Under the pieces are notes generated by a model that saw only the letters and a program-made list of their open reading frames with translations, had not been told where the DNA came from and searched no databases. The position numbers and the translations under genes were made by a program. From Truepera sp. (GTDB lineage Bacteria > Deinococcota > Deinococci > Deinococcales > Trueperaceae), in NCBI GenBank assembly GCA_965218435.1, contig CBDCKW010000005.1:544001-608000 (forward strand): a stretch of DNA of 64,000 nt, written 5' to 3'. Positions within the stretch are counted from its first letter, which is position 1. Every line of letters begins with the position of its first letter. Positions 16,896-27,783 of this stretch are shown piece after piece.

Positions 16896-19757
16896 TCAGA
16901 TAAGCGTTACCAGTTCGGACTGAATGTCGGAGCCGGTAACATACAGCCGCATGAGGGTAACTGGCAATTTGAACCGCCTAGGTCCGGCGCTACCCGGGTT
17001 TAGGTAAAGCACGCCGTCCTGCATTTCACTTTTTGGCTTGTGCGAGTGACCCGACACCACGACCTGACAGTTTGCTTCGGAAAGCTCTGGTTCTAGCTGC
17101 TCATCGGGTAAGGAGACGGCATCACTGCCGCCCCCTCCCCTCAGAACCGGACGTGCCTCTCTCAAGGCATCCGGCTCAAGCAGAAAATGAAGCATCAAAG
17201 GAGTAATTCTCTCGTAGCTCGGGGAAGATTATCTTTCACCGAGCCGTGGACTTGTTGGTGACAGGTTAGATGCAGTATCCGCTGTTTTGCAAAGTCATGC
17301 CGTGCTAAATTCTTTTGGTCAGTAATCAAGTGATGACGATGCAGTGGCTCACCGTTATTCAGCGAACCAAAACACACGGGGCAGATAAAGTCGTGTTGCT
17401 TAGCCACCTCATAGTGAAGACCTGAGAGACCGGAGTACTTTCGACTTCTCTTTGCCCAATAGTTTTTCTGCAAGGCGTCATCGGGTGCAGCAAGGTTGAA
17501 TACCAACCGATGCCGCGTGATTTTGAACCAAGCGAGCTTCGCCAGATAAGTGTTGCCGTCGGGGTCGCCAAAGACCCACCGAGCTTTTCTTAAGTGATGA
17601 TGCTGCCCAAAGTATTTAGCTACGCGCCAGCCAACCGATTTTGTCGGGTGTTGCCATCTTATCCACTTGACCAGCTTTTGGAAGAGCCAAGAGTCAAGCG
17701 AGGCAAACACCTTTGCTGACGAAACGGGTTGAAAATAACGCGCCCAACCACGTAAAACGGGGTTGAGATGGTGGATGAGCACCTGAGCATTGTGCCCCCT
17801 TAAGCGCACAAACATCTCGGTAAGCTTTTTCTTGAACCTTGCGATTGAAGCGTTGCTGGGTTTGACAAGCCCGACGACCTTTTCTGGGTTATCTCTCCGC
17901 TGATAAAGCCGGAAATTACACCCAAGAAAGTCAAAACCTCCCGTGAGATGCCTGATCTGGGTTTTAGCCTCGTTGAACACGAGTCCCCGATCTGCAAACC
18001 ACGTTCTCAGCTTTGTGCGAGCTTGTTCTGCTTCCTCACGAGTCTTGCAGAAAACGATAAAGTCGTCTGCATATCTCACGAGACCATAGCGGTTCTTACT
18101 GGATGTCTGACCATTGGCATAACGAGCAATACCAAGGGTCGTTTCCATGCCGTGAAACGCTATGTTAGCCAGCAAGGGACTAATAACACCTCCCTGCGGA
18201 GTACCCGCAGGCGTATCGTGCTTGACGGTACCGTCCATGAAGCCTGCCTTTAGCCACTGTTTAATCAGTTCCTTGGCGGGAAACTGACCGATGGCCTGCA
18301 ACAGGTGGGTATGGTCGATATTGTCAAATGCCCCTTGGATGTCTGCATCCAGTATCCACTGCTTAGTAGCGCGTGCCCTGCAATAGCTATAGGTCATACT
18401 CAGGGCGTCGTGGGTACTTCGCCCTGGTCTAAAACCGTAGCTACTTGGCTCAAAGCGAGCCTCCCACTCAGGTTCCAACGCATTTTTGACGCGTGCTTGA
18501 TGAGCCCGGTCGCCAATGGTTGGTATCCCAAGCGGGCGTTTAGCACCACTTTGCTTCGGGATATAAATCCTGCGCGCAGGTTTGACATGCCAAGGTTGGG
18601 ACTCTAGCAATTTGTCTACTAGAGCGGCCTTGGCTTTCGAGGTTAAGGCAACCTCTTTATCCACCCCTGCGGTTTTTCCACCCGCATTGTCCACAGTGAC
18701 GCGACGGACGCTAACAACAGTGTTGGCGTAACTCCGTAGCATCAGCTTTTGGAGAGAACGAACCTTTTTAAGGTTCCCTTCCTTTGATGCCCTAAAGATT
18801 CTCTGTCTCAAGTTGCGTACCTGCCGATTGGCGCTACGCCAGTCAATGACCTGCCAATCGGTCGGGCTTTTGGTTCCGTTTGCTAAGCTTGGCGCTTGCA
18901 TCTAACTTGCACCTCAATTCGCAACTTTCACGTTGGTCTTTAGGATTTCCACCAGTCCCGCGTCAGCTCCCTTTCAGGATGGGTATGCCCGTCATACGGC
19001 CCTATCCGGTGGGTTATGAATTCCCCGTGCCTTTCGGCTACCGGCTTTCGCTTTTCGGGACTTCTTGTTCCCGCTGGAGGGTTGTGCCTCGCTTGCGCTT
19101 GGCCTACCACTTGTGTGGACTCCATCGGGGTTTCCACGTTCCGCACGTAAGAGATGTGATCGGTTGCGGATGCCTTTTGTACCCCGGGTTCTTGGTGCCC
19201 TTGCATGAGCGCTATGCACCCATGACGCCGCGCAGCTTGAACACAGAGCTACGCCTTGAACCATGATCGTTTTGCTGTCGTCCAGCGATCTTTCTACCTT
19301 ACGAGGCTTACAAAGGTTCACTTTCGTTCATCCTTCCGATCTTCTCCTTGCCTGTGGCCTTTTGACGACTAACGGCTCTTGGGCTTTCATTCGGGCTTCG
19401 CACCCTGTCGTTACCAACAACGCACGCCGAATGTGGAGATAGGCTTCAGGCACTCGCCTAGTTCAACCCTATGAGGGTTGAACACTCTTACTGTGCGACT
19501 TCGTGTCGCACGTGGTCATGGTAGATGTAGAACCTTACCTCCCCGACCGTTACGATCACGCTTAAAGGCAGCTGCTCAGCCCAAGCTCCGGTATCCACGT
19601 TGCCACGCACAGCGACTGTTGGGGCGAGCATCTGCAGGCTCTCGAGTATCTCGGCGCGACCGACGTCCCCAACATGGATGATGCCTGTGACGTCGTCGAA
19701 AGCCTTGAGTACTTCGGGTCGTAGGAGCCCGTGGGTGTCCGACACCAGACCTATCAC
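16896..19757 (-). CDS. YfcE-like metallophosphoesterase split by a group II intron; exons 19757-19512 and 17102-16896, about 150 aa spliced
   Basis: Exon 1 has SDTHG, HVGD and VRGNVD; exon 2 has SGHSH and NPGSAG; the joined frame reads IYHDH|EQLEPE. Confidence 0.88.
17103..19511 (-). mobile_element. Group II intron (IIB, chloroplast-like class), 2409 bp
   Basis: 5' GTGCG at 19511; domain V GAGCCGGATGCCTTGAGAGAGGCACGTCCGGTTC; domain VI ending ACCCGAT at 17103. Confidence 0.93.
17195..18901 (-). CDS. ltrA: Group II intron reverse transcriptase/maturase with C-terminal HNH-like domain
   Basis: RPLGIPT, GFRPGRS, GTPQGGVISPLLAN, RYADD, domain X NPVLRGW, and CPVC..HH..H.C H. Confidence 0.96.
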   Translation of the reverse strand: MQAPSLANGTKSPTDWQVIDWRSANRQVRNLRQRIFRASKEGNLKKVRSLQKLMLRSYANTVVSVRRVTVDNAGGKTAGVDKEVALTSKAKAALVDKLLESQPWHVKPARRIYIPKQSGAKRPLGIPTIGDRAHQARVKNALEPEWEARFEPSSYGFRPGRSTHDALSMTYSYCRARATKQWILDADIQGAFDNIDHTHLLQAIGQFPAKELIKQWLKAGFMDGTVKHDTPAGTPQGGVISPLLANIAFHGMETTLGIARYANGQTSSKNRYGLVRYADDFIVFCKTREEAEQARTKLRTWFADRGLVFNEAKTQIRHLTGGFDFLGCNFRLYQRRDNPEKVVGLVKPSNASIARFKKKLTEMFVRLRGHNAQVLIHHLNPVLRGWARYFQPVSSAKVFASLDSWLFQKLVKWIRWQHPTKSVGWRVAKYFGQHHHLRKARWVFGDPDGNTYLAKLAWFKITRHRLVFNLAAPDDALQKNYWAKRSRKYSGLSGLHYEVAKQHDFICPVCFGSLNNGEPLHRHHLITDQKNLARHDFAKQRILHLTCHQQVHGSVKDNLPRATRELLL

Positions 19758-20317
19758 TGTTGTGCCCGCCTTGTTAGGCGTACCGAGAATCACACCGTTT
19801 TCTCTTGGCACCTGGACCTCCCGCGCAATCAACACGCAACACTATCGATCCTGGATCATATATTAAGGAGAAGTTCACAACATTGATTCTGATACGGGTT
19901 TTGCGACACTTTATATGCTCTAGAAAGTCGATAAAAGTTTGTTTCAATAAATTGTAGGGGAAATGAAGGTTTTCGAGGCACCCGACGTGGGCACAAGTTT
20001 GGGCGAGCGACAAGGGGAAACATATAACCCCGCCCAGTCCAAATTAATTTATTAGGGACGACACCCCTCAAGCATTCAACTGACAATAGCCCTCCGCTAT
20101 CTTTGGCGAACCCGCGGCGCGGAGGTCTTGGAAACCTCATGACCTGGGAGGTCCGGAACTAATTATCCGGGCGAGACCATCCAACCCTCGGCGTTTTCGC
20201 TGCCGTGACCCCTGGTTCTAGCGTTCGGCAAAAGGTAGTGTGGCTCAAGTTCGTTCGCGCCTTCGCCCGCAGTAGAAAGCTGACAGTTCGCCGATATTGG
20301 ACTGATACGCTGCGCGC

Positions 20318-20707
20318 ATGAAACTAGCCACCGTTGGTATTTTTATAGTACTGTCCTACGGTTTAGCTCACGGGGAAGCAGGAATTGAGCGGGACGTGCC
20401 AGCTGCCCTCTTTCGGGCCCTACAGGCAGCTCGCATCTCCTGCCCTGAGGAAGTGAAGGACGCTAACAGCCGTCTTTTCTGCGCCTCAACAGCGCACAAC
20501 GCGACCGCCTTCAAAAACACGGTGGAGGCAGTTGACGCCGACACCTTGACTATGAGGCCAACGGGCGACTGGGGCTCTTATGAGGGTGAAGACATACAGC
20601 GCTCCCACCTCTACCGTGACGGGTTCATGACAGTCGCGCTATACGAAAACATGGGCGGAAACGGCCACGGGCTCGTCATCGTCCGAACGTTGATGCCGCA
20701 CGACTGA
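20318..20707 (+). CDS. Hypothetical secreted protein
   Basis: Signal-peptide-like N-terminus, 129 aa, two Cys. Confidence 0.6.
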   Translation: MKLATVGIFIVLSYGLAHGEAGIERDVPAALFRALQAARISCPEEVKDANSRLFCASTAHNATAFKNTVEAVDADTLTMRPTGDWGSYEGEDIQRSHLYRDGFMTVALYENMGGNGHGLVIVRTLMPHD

Positions 20708-20846
20708 GCCTGACCACGACCTATCACCCGGAAGCAGCCTTACTGCCGCCTGACAAAGAGCGCGTATGTTCAAGTCAGCGCTGGAGGACTCTGACTCTCA
20801 CGCCTTCATCCAACGGAACCCGACCCTTCGCCAAAAGGAGAGATTT

Positions 20847-21125
20847 GTGCGTCACACTCACCGAACTGCTGTCCTCGTCACTTTAGCTCTAGCTTCTACC
20901 TGCGCCTTAGCCCAGTCCCAGTCGGCGCAGATCACCCAGACGCAAGACACGTACTTCCAGTAGGGCCAGCAGACCCTCCAGCAGATGCTCGAGCAACAGG
21001 CCAATATGGATCAGGCGAAAAACGTTATTATCTTCATCGCTGACGGGGCCGACCCGGTTGTACACACCTCGGCGCGCATCCTCGGCGGGCAGCAGCGCGG
21101 CGAGGTCGGTGAACGCAACGTCCTA
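20847..21125 (+). pseudogene. Alkaline phosphatase N-terminal fragment with in-frame TAG at 20961
   Basis: SD AAGGAG, signal peptide, AKNVIIFIADG..TSARILGGQQRG; truncated. Confidence 0.8.
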
Positions 21126-22013
21126 TCGCAAGTCTTCGATATGCCTGAGCTCGTCGTCACTGAACCCTACCCCCACCGCGCCCAGATGCTCCTCGACCTG
21201 TGCGGGGCTCTTCGCGCCGACCAGAACACAAGTTACAGCCGGAAGGCGCAGCAGCCAGGCCACGGCGAGCTGCATCAGGCTAAGCCCCTTGTCATGTGCA
21301 ACTGCTTCCAGACCTTTCGCCACAGCTAGATAGCGCGTAAACGTATCACCCTGGAACCGAGCCATCTGAGCGCGCTCGTCGTCGTCGGGAAAGCGGTGCC
21401 CTGGCGAGTATTTACCGGTTAGCAAACCTTTGGCCAGCGGGCTGTGGGCCAACAGGCCGATACCGTGCTGTTCGCAAAAAGGGATATCTTCTCGTTCGAT
21501 CTCCCGGTCGAACAAGTTATAGCGAGGCTGGTTGGCTTGGAAGCGTACAGTTTGCAGCGCCTCCCGCATCTACTCGGCGCTAAAGTTCGACACCCCAAGG
21601 TAGCGCGCCTTGCCCGCTGCTTGCAGTTCGGCCATCGTCTCCATGCTTTCCTCAACTGGGTAACGCGCGTCCGGGCCGTGGAGCTGGTAGAGGTCTACAG
21701 CGTCCACGTCCAAGGCTCGTAAGCTGTCGTCGATGGCTGAAAGGATGCCCGCACGTGAGTAATCGCCGCTTACCTTAGTGGCGAGAAAACAGCGCTCGCG
21801 GTAGCCGTCCTTGAGCGCTTTGCCGAGGGTGGCCTCGCTCGAGCGGTACGCCTGAGCCGTGTCGAGCAGCGTGATACCGTTGTCGATGGCGGCGCGGACG
21901 GTGTCAATTGCTGTCTCCTCATCCACCTGACCCATGCCGCCGCCCAGAGGCCATGCGCCTAGACCCAGAACCGATACCTGCGGGCCATCTTTGCCGAGTT
22001 GTCGGTACTCCAT
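21123..22013 (-). pseudogene. Aldo/keto reductase with in-frame TAG at 21570-21572
   Basis: LGLGAW, DTAQAY, DLYQLH, GVSNFSAE*M, SPLAKGLLTGK in one frame. Confidence 0.88.
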
Positions 22014-22463
22014 TTCGCCTCCTTAGATGTAGGGTGTTACCTCAGTAAGGGGTACTGCTCAGGTCATGTTAGTTGCGTCTTTCTAGCTCTCGTATACGCC
22101 TAGAATGCCTTTCACTAAGGGACCATGAGTGTTAGAGATGACAAACGCTCGCTAAGCAGGCTAAGCTAGCTCGGCCTGCTCGATTAGAGGAGTGGCCCAC
22201 ACTTCAATAAGGCTTGCTCACCTCCGCCTAAGTGAAGGCAGAAGCAGGCTGTTATGTCGCATAACGGCCCAAGCGTGAAATAAGGGATTTGCACTGAACG
22301 CGCTCAACTCACGCACAAGCCTCAACCGCAACCCTGGCTCTACCCTTGCGAAAACCACACTTTTGTACTCGAGTAGGCCTTTTTACCTAATCTGAGCTAG
22401 GCCTTTCGGAGCTGCCGATCCCCGCGGCCTCCGACCTAAGCTGTGGTTCGGAGGTTGAGAGTT

Positions 22464-23222
22464 ATGGTTTTAGAGGTTGAAAATCTGCAAGTCCGCTATG
22501 GGACTTATCAAGCTGTCAAGGAGTTGACGTTCGACGTGAAGGCCGGGGAAATCTTTGGACTCCTAGGACCGAACGGTGCCGGTAAAACCAGCACCCTCGC
22601 GGTGATCGAGGGCTTACAGGCACCCTCGGCGGGTCGTGTCACCGTTTGCGGTATCGACGTTGTCAGAAACCCCTTGGAGGCCAAAAGCAACCTGGGGGTG
22701 CAGCTTCAGGCGACTAGCTTCCAACCCGAGTTGACACTGCGGGAGTTGGTCCAGTGCTACGGCAGTCTTTATGGGGTTAAGGTTTCCGGTAGCGACGCCG
22801 TCACGATTCTCGCTGGGGTGGACTTAGCCAACCAAGCCCACAAGCACGCCGGGCACCTTTCCGGCGGTCAGCAGCAGCGCCTGGCGCTCGCCGTCGCACT
22901 CATCCACGACCCAGAACTGATGCTCTTGGACGAACCCACCACCGGGCTCGACCCGCAGTCGCGGCGCAGCCTCTGGGGGCGCATCGAAGGTTTACGTGCG
23001 GCGGGGCGGAGCGTCTTGCTCACCACCCACTCGATGGAAGAGGCCGCGGCGCTTTGTGACCGCATCGCCATCATGGATCACGGCAAGATGTTGGCTCAGG
23101 ACACCCCGGCGGGTCTGATTCAGACCTACAGCAACCACTCTGCCGTTCGCTCGGTCGCCCACGGCCCCGTCACCTTGGAAGACGTTTTTATCGGCCTCAC
23201 CGGCCAGGAGGTAAGAGCATGA
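22464..23222 (+). CDS. ABC-2 exporter ATP-binding protein
   Basis: GPNGAGKT, LSGGQQQR, LLDEPTTG. Confidence 0.95.
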   Translation: MVLEVENLQVRYGTYQAVKELTFDVKAGEIFGLLGPNGAGKTSTLAVIEGLQAPSAGRVTVCGIDVVRNPLEAKSNLGVQLQATSFQPELTLRELVQCYGSLYGVKVSGSDAVTILAGVDLANQAHKHAGHLSGGQQQRLALAVALIHDPELMLLDEPTTGLDPQSRRSLWGRIEGLRAAGRSVLLTTHSMEEAAALCDRIAIMDHGKMLAQDTPAGLIQTYSNHSAVRSVAHGPVTLEDVFIGLTGQEVRA

Positions 23223-24013
23223 ACCGGACCCTGCAGGTCAACCCCCCATTTGTGACCTCGAGTCACAGCAACACCCTCAAGTTTTGGGCACTCCTCAGCG
23301 CTGAACTCACCGCCCTGCGCCGCAACTGGCGACTGCTGCTGTGGACAGTCGCGTTTCCGCCCCTCATTTTTGTCGCCAGTATGGGGTTTGGCGGCAGCGG
23401 CTCGTCCCCAGCCATCGTCGCCATGCTTTTAGCCAGCGCCATCAGCATCGGCATCTTTGCGTTAGGGCTGTTCGGCTATGCGAGTATGCTCGCTACCTAC
23501 CGCGACCAGGGTGTTTTCCGACGGCTGCGCTGCACCCCGGTGCCCGGCTGGATGTTGCTTATGAGCAAAGTCGTCGCGCAACTCGTCGCCGTGTTGCTGC
23601 AAAGCGTGCTGGTCATCGTTGTCGCCGTCGTTTTCTATCACATCACCTTGACTTTTGAAGGGGTAGCGCTCGCTTTAGTCGGGGTGGTCTTGGGCGGTTT
23701 GGCGGCTCTCGCGCTGGGGCAGTTTATCGCCAGCCTCACCCGCTCGGCGGCGAGCGTGAGCGCCATAGCCCGCCTGACCCTGTTCGGCTTGGTCTTTTTG
23801 GACGGTTCTCTTTTGCCGATTGCCAACATGCCCGAGCCCTTAGCGGTACTCGCAACCTGGTCGCCCATTCACCTCTGTTTAGTAGTTGTCGAAAGCGCCT
23901 TCACGCAGTCCTGGTGGACTCTAACGAACCTCAGCTACACCCTCGCGCTGCTCGGTTACATCGTCTTGCTGAGCGCCGTGAGCGCTCGGACCTTCAAGTG
24001 GGACGCCCGCTGA
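23219..24013 (+). CDS. ABC-2 exporter permease
   Basis: About six TM helices, RDQGVFRRL..TP; coupled to the ATPase. Confidence 0.9.
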   Translation: MNRTLQVNPPFVTSSHSNTLKFWALLSAELTALRRNWRLLLWTVAFPPLIFVASMGFGGSGSSPAIVAMLLASAISIGIFALGLFGYASMLATYRDQGVFRRLRCTPVPGWMLLMSKVVAQLVAVLLQSVLVIVVAVVFYHITLTFEGVALALVGVVLGGLAALALGQFIASLTRSAASVSAIARLTLFGLVFLDGSLLPIANMPEPLAVLATWSPIHLCLVVVESAFTQSWWTLTNLSYTLALLGYIVLLSAVSARTFKWDAR

Positions 24014-24065
24014 CCGACGTAGTGACCATGCCTCACACAAACTTTTACGTGAGGCACGGTCTTCC

Positions 24066-25289
24066 ATGAGACTTTACATGACAAGGCGCTACACTGAAGT
24101 TGAGATGGCTGCTACACCCTTCAAATCTCCCCGCTGGCCGCTACGGCTACTGCTGCTCATTTGCTTCGGTTTCGCTTTGGGACAAACGCTTCACGATCCT
24201 AAGTTTGCGTCATCCAATGGGCGAGGCTGGGCCGCCATCGGCCTTTTACTGCTTGCTCTGGGGAGCGCCGTGACGATTCGACGCGCCCGCTGGTCTTACT
24301 TGAACTTGGGTTTGCTTATTACCAGTGTACTGGCTTTGCAACTGTTAGGGCCAAAAGATGACCTGTCTATTATGCTCTATGTCGCGGTAGGTGCCTTGGG
24401 GGCGGGCACGTCTGCGCGGTGGTTGCCCTACGTTGCGTTCGCTACTGTCTTCGGTGTGGTGCTGCTAGCCTCGACGCAGACGCGTCTAAGCAGCACCAGC
24501 GACCTCCTCGGCGTCGCCTTTTCCTTCGCGGCAACGTTTTTCCTTGCTCACACACTTGTCACCTTGCGGAGGAGCCGCGACGAGCTAGCGCGGGTTTTGA
24601 AAGAGTTACAACAAGCGCACGGGGAACTGCGTGTCTACGCCGCTCAGGCCGAAGAACTCGCCGTAGCAAAAGAACGCAACCGCTTGGCCCGCGACCTCCA
24701 CGACACCCTGGGACACGCGCTTTCGGCTATCACCGTGCAGCTCGAGGCGGTGCGCCGCGTTGCCAGACACCAACCCGAAAACCTCGAGCCGCTCATCCAG
24801 GAAACGCAGTCACTTTCTCGTCAGGCGCTACGCGATTTGCGAGAAAGCTTGAGCGACCTGCGCCGTTTGGAAGACGAGCTGCCGCTTCAGGACAGGGTGC
24901 AACGTCTCGCCGAGCAGTTCGCGAAGGAAAATTATTGGACGCTCTCTCTAAACCTCGCCGTCGCGACGATGCCCGCGCCCCAGGCTCATGCGCTGGTGAG
25001 GGTGGCACAAGAAGCGCTTTACAACGCCGCTCGGCACGCTCACGCGGAACACGTCACGGTCGAACTTTGTGCTGACGTGCAGGACGTGAAGCTGACTGTT
25101 GGTGACAACGGTGTCGGCTTTGACACCGTTGTCGTACGTCCCGGTCATTATGGGCTCGAGGGTGTGCGGGAGCGGGTCTCGCTTTTGGGTGGAATCGTCG
25201 AGGTGACAAGTCGTCCCGGCCACGGCACCCAGGTTCGTGTAAGTATTCCCTTGAGCGTGGCTGAGGAACCGCTGAGGGTTGAGGCGTGA
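24066..25289 (+). CDS. Membrane sensor histidine kinase (HisKA_3)
   Basis: [36 protein letters not shown]. Confidence 0.95.
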   Translation: MRLYMTRRYTEVEMAATPFKSPRWPLRLLLLICFGFALGQTLHDPKFASSNGRGWAAIGLLLLALGSAVTIRRARWSYLNLGLLITSVLALQLLGPKDDLSIMLYVAVGALGAGTSARWLPYVAFATVFGVVLLASTQTRLSSTSDLLGVAFSFAATFFLAHTLVTLRRSRDELARVLKELQQAHGELRVYAAQAEELAVAKERNRLARDLHDTLGHALSAITVQLEAVRRVARHQPENLEPLIQETQSLSRQALRDLRESLSDLRRLEDELPLQDRVQRLAEQFAKENYWTLSLNLAVATMPAPQAHALVRVAQEALYNAARHAHAEHVTVELCADVQDVKLTVGDNGVGFDTVVVRPGHYGLEGVRERVSLLGGIVEVTSRPGHGTQVRVSIPLSVAEEPLRVEA

Positions 25290-25921
25290 TTCGCATTCTT
25301 ATCGCCGAGGACCAGCCGCTGATGCGGCGCGGGCTCAAAACGGTGCTCGAGTTCGAGCCGGGTCTCGAGGTGGTGGGCGAAGCTGCCAACGGGAGTGAAG
25401 CGCTCGAGCGGGTCGCAGAGTTGCGCCCGGACGTCGTGCTGATGGACGTGCAGATGCCGGGGCTGAACGGGGTCGAGGCGACGCGGCAGCTGGTGCGCGC
25501 CCACCTTGGGTGCCGCGTGCTCATCCTCACCACCTTCGATACGGAGGATTATGTTTTAGACGCCGTCCGGGCCGGGGCGGCGGGATATTTGCTCAAAGAC
25601 GTGCAGGCCGAGGAGCTTTGCGACGTCATCCGCGCCGTGGCGCGAGGCGAAGTATTTATTCAACCCAGCGTCGCGGCGAAATACCTGCGCTTGTTAGCTG
25701 AGAAACAGCGTGAGCCGGTCGAGGAAACCTTGTCAAACCGGGAGTTGGAGGTGCTGCGTGAGCTGGCTGAGGGGCAGAGCAACAAAGAGATAGCGCGCTT
25801 GCTCGGCATCTCTGAGAGCACTGTCAAAAACCATGTCAACAGTATCCTCGCCAAATTGCGCGTGAAAAACCGTACGGAGGCGGCGCTCAAAGCCAAGGTG
25901 GTTTCAGATGAGATACGCTAA
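25286..25921 (+). CDS. NarL/LuxR family response regulator
   Basis: Receiver domain [31 protein letters not shown]. Confidence 0.96.
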   Translation: MIRILIAEDQPLMRRGLKTVLEFEPGLEVVGEAANGSEALERVAELRPDVVLMDVQMPGLNGVEATRQLVRAHLGCRVLILTTFDTEDYVLDAVRAGAAGYLLKDVQAEELCDVIRAVARGEVFIQPSVAAKYLRLLAEKQREPVEETLSNRELEVLRELAEGQSNKEIARLLGISESTVKNHVNSILAKLRVKNRTEAALKAKVVSDEIR

Positions 25922-26229
25922 ATGAATACGACCTGCACCGTCACTGCCAAGCTAGACATATTAGCCTCGGAACCCTTAGGTTACATTTCGGCCCATTTGC
26001 AGCATAGGAAGGAGGTCGCCTTGAATGCGCTCGATAACCGCATAAAACAATATGCAATAGAAGAAGACGACTACAGATCATCTGGAAATGAGCCGGAGCA
26101 GGTGATGATGCAGGCCAGTTGAAACAAAGCCCTTGAGCGAATGTCATGAGAGGCGGTAGGCCGCAGTCGCTTTGCGTCAGCTCAAACATCACGACACGAG
26201 CTGACGGGAACAGGACTTATTCTCAAGGC

Positions 26230-26748
26230 ATGGATGCTGAGGCGTTTTATCGTTATCTGACCCAGGCTCGCCGCCGACTCTGGACGACCTTGCGCGCCAT
26301 GCCGGATGAGGCACTTTCACAGGCCGTGATCCCGGCAGAAGGGGCGCGCTGCATCAAAGACCTTGTGAAGCACGTCGCCATCGTTGAAGACGGCTGGTTT
26401 CGGTTGGACCTGCTCGGCCAGCCGCTTGTGCTGGAAGCCTACGGTGGAGAGCCTGCGTCAGCTGATGCGTACTGGCACCATCAGGACGAGTCATTGGAGT
26501 CGCTACTCACCTACTGGGAAGCGGTGGAGGCCGACACGCTCCACCGCTGGCCTGAGTTGATGGAGGTGGTCGCAGAGAATCGAAGGGTTCCAGTTTCGGA
26601 GGACCGCCCAGAAACCATCTCAGCGGATGAGGTGATCTGGCACGTCATGCAGCACGAAGTGCGCCACACCGCCCAGATCGTGCAGATGATCCGTCTGCTC
26701 GGATATCAACCCCCCGCCCTGGATCTCGTGTTTTTGACGGCGCGTTGA
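26230..26748 (+). CDS. DinB family protein
   Basis: HVAIVEDGW and HVMQHEVRHTAQI His triad. Confidence 0.88.
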   Translation: MDAEAFYRYLTQARRRLWTTLRAMPDEALSQAVIPAEGARCIKDLVKHVAIVEDGWFRLDLLGQPLVLEAYGGEPASADAYWHHQDESLESLLTYWEAVEADTLHRWPELMEVVAENRRVPVSEDRPETISADEVIWHVMQHEVRHTAQIVQMIRLLGYQPPALDLVFLTAR

Positions 26749-27038
26749 CCAGCCGCGTCCAAAAATCACCTGGATACGAGCCGGAGCAGGATGGCGATAC
26801 GAGTTTATAGCGAGATTAGTGCTTGCGCTGACGGTCGCCTTCATCCTCAACGTGGCTGGCGCGCGGCGGTTTGCAAAATAAAGGGCACGGGCATTGTTGA
26901 TGCTGTTTAAAATTTAACGTAGTGTCACTGCCCAACGAACGCATTGCAATTTGCTTTCAGCGCACTCAACCACCGCACAAGAACGCGATACAAGGTAGCA
27001 CTTTTGGTACAGTTTAAGCACGTAGAATAAACCCTCGA

Positions 27039-27548
27039 CTACTTCCGGTCCCAACGAAACTCTGCATCGGCTTGAACTTCCCTCGCGCCCCGCTCCCCAT
27101 CGACCTCGCGGTGTGGCAGGGGGCTCGAGAGCACGATCTCGGTTTCAACCTCGCCGTGGTTGCTAAGCTGATCGACCAAGACGTCCAGGTGTTTGACCGA
27201 AGCCGTGACCACCCGCAGCAGCGTGCAGTGGCGACCGCTGACCTTATGCACCTCGCGGATTTCGGGATAGTTCTCGACCCTAGCCGTGTTAAGCAGACAC
27301 TTGCCCAACGTGCAGCGCAGATGGATGAACGCCGTGAGCGGCAAGCCGACCTTCGCCAGCTCGATGCGCACGCCGTAGCCGCCGATGATCCCCGCCTCCT
27401 CGAGCTTGCGCACGCGTTCCGCCGTCGCGGGGGCCGAGAGCCCGACCCGCCTGCCAAGTTCGCTGTACGAAAGGCGGGCATCCCTCTGGAGTTCGCGGAG
27501 AATAAGCCAGCTGAGCCGGTCGAGAGCTGTTTCAGTTCGCAAAGTCAT
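27039..27548 (-). CDS. Lrp/AsnC family regulator
   Basis: ILRELQRDARLSYSELGRRVGLSAPATAERVRKLEEAGII. Confidence 0.93.
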   Translation of the reverse strand: MTLRTETALDRLSWLILRELQRDARLSYSELGRRVGLSAPATAERVRKLEEAGIIGGYGVRIELAKVGLPLTAFIHLRCTLGKCLLNTARVENYPEIREVHKVSGRHCTLLRVVTASVKHLDVLVDQLSNHGEVETEIVLSSPLPHREVDGERGAREVQADAEFRWDRK

Positions 27549-27783
27549 GGCACCCAAGCTCCTTTCAAACTAAACGCCAAAAAGCGAAATTACCTTATCA
27601 CGCTAGTTCCTTTATCCCGTTCGACCCGTTAGATTATAAGGGTGGCGCAAATAAAACTACAGCCTCCGCAACATAACACCGAACACGGTAGGAACGCGGG
27701 AGCCAGTACGAAGCGGTCTACGCCATGAGTAAGGGCTAAGGATGTACCAACAGCCAAGAGTTTCCAGTTTTAAGGAGGGCAAC

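Noticed and set aside
17195..18901. RT as a retron, DGR or defence RT
   Set aside because: It has a maturase domain and sits within complete group II intron RNA boundaries.
19860..20200. AT-rich segment resembling a resolvase res site or IS ends
   Set aside because: No matching inverted partner, target duplication or resolvase gene was found.
20961..21572. Genetic-code recoding of TAG
   Set aside because: TAG terminates many intact genes in the window, and both interrupted genes lie in a decayed junction.
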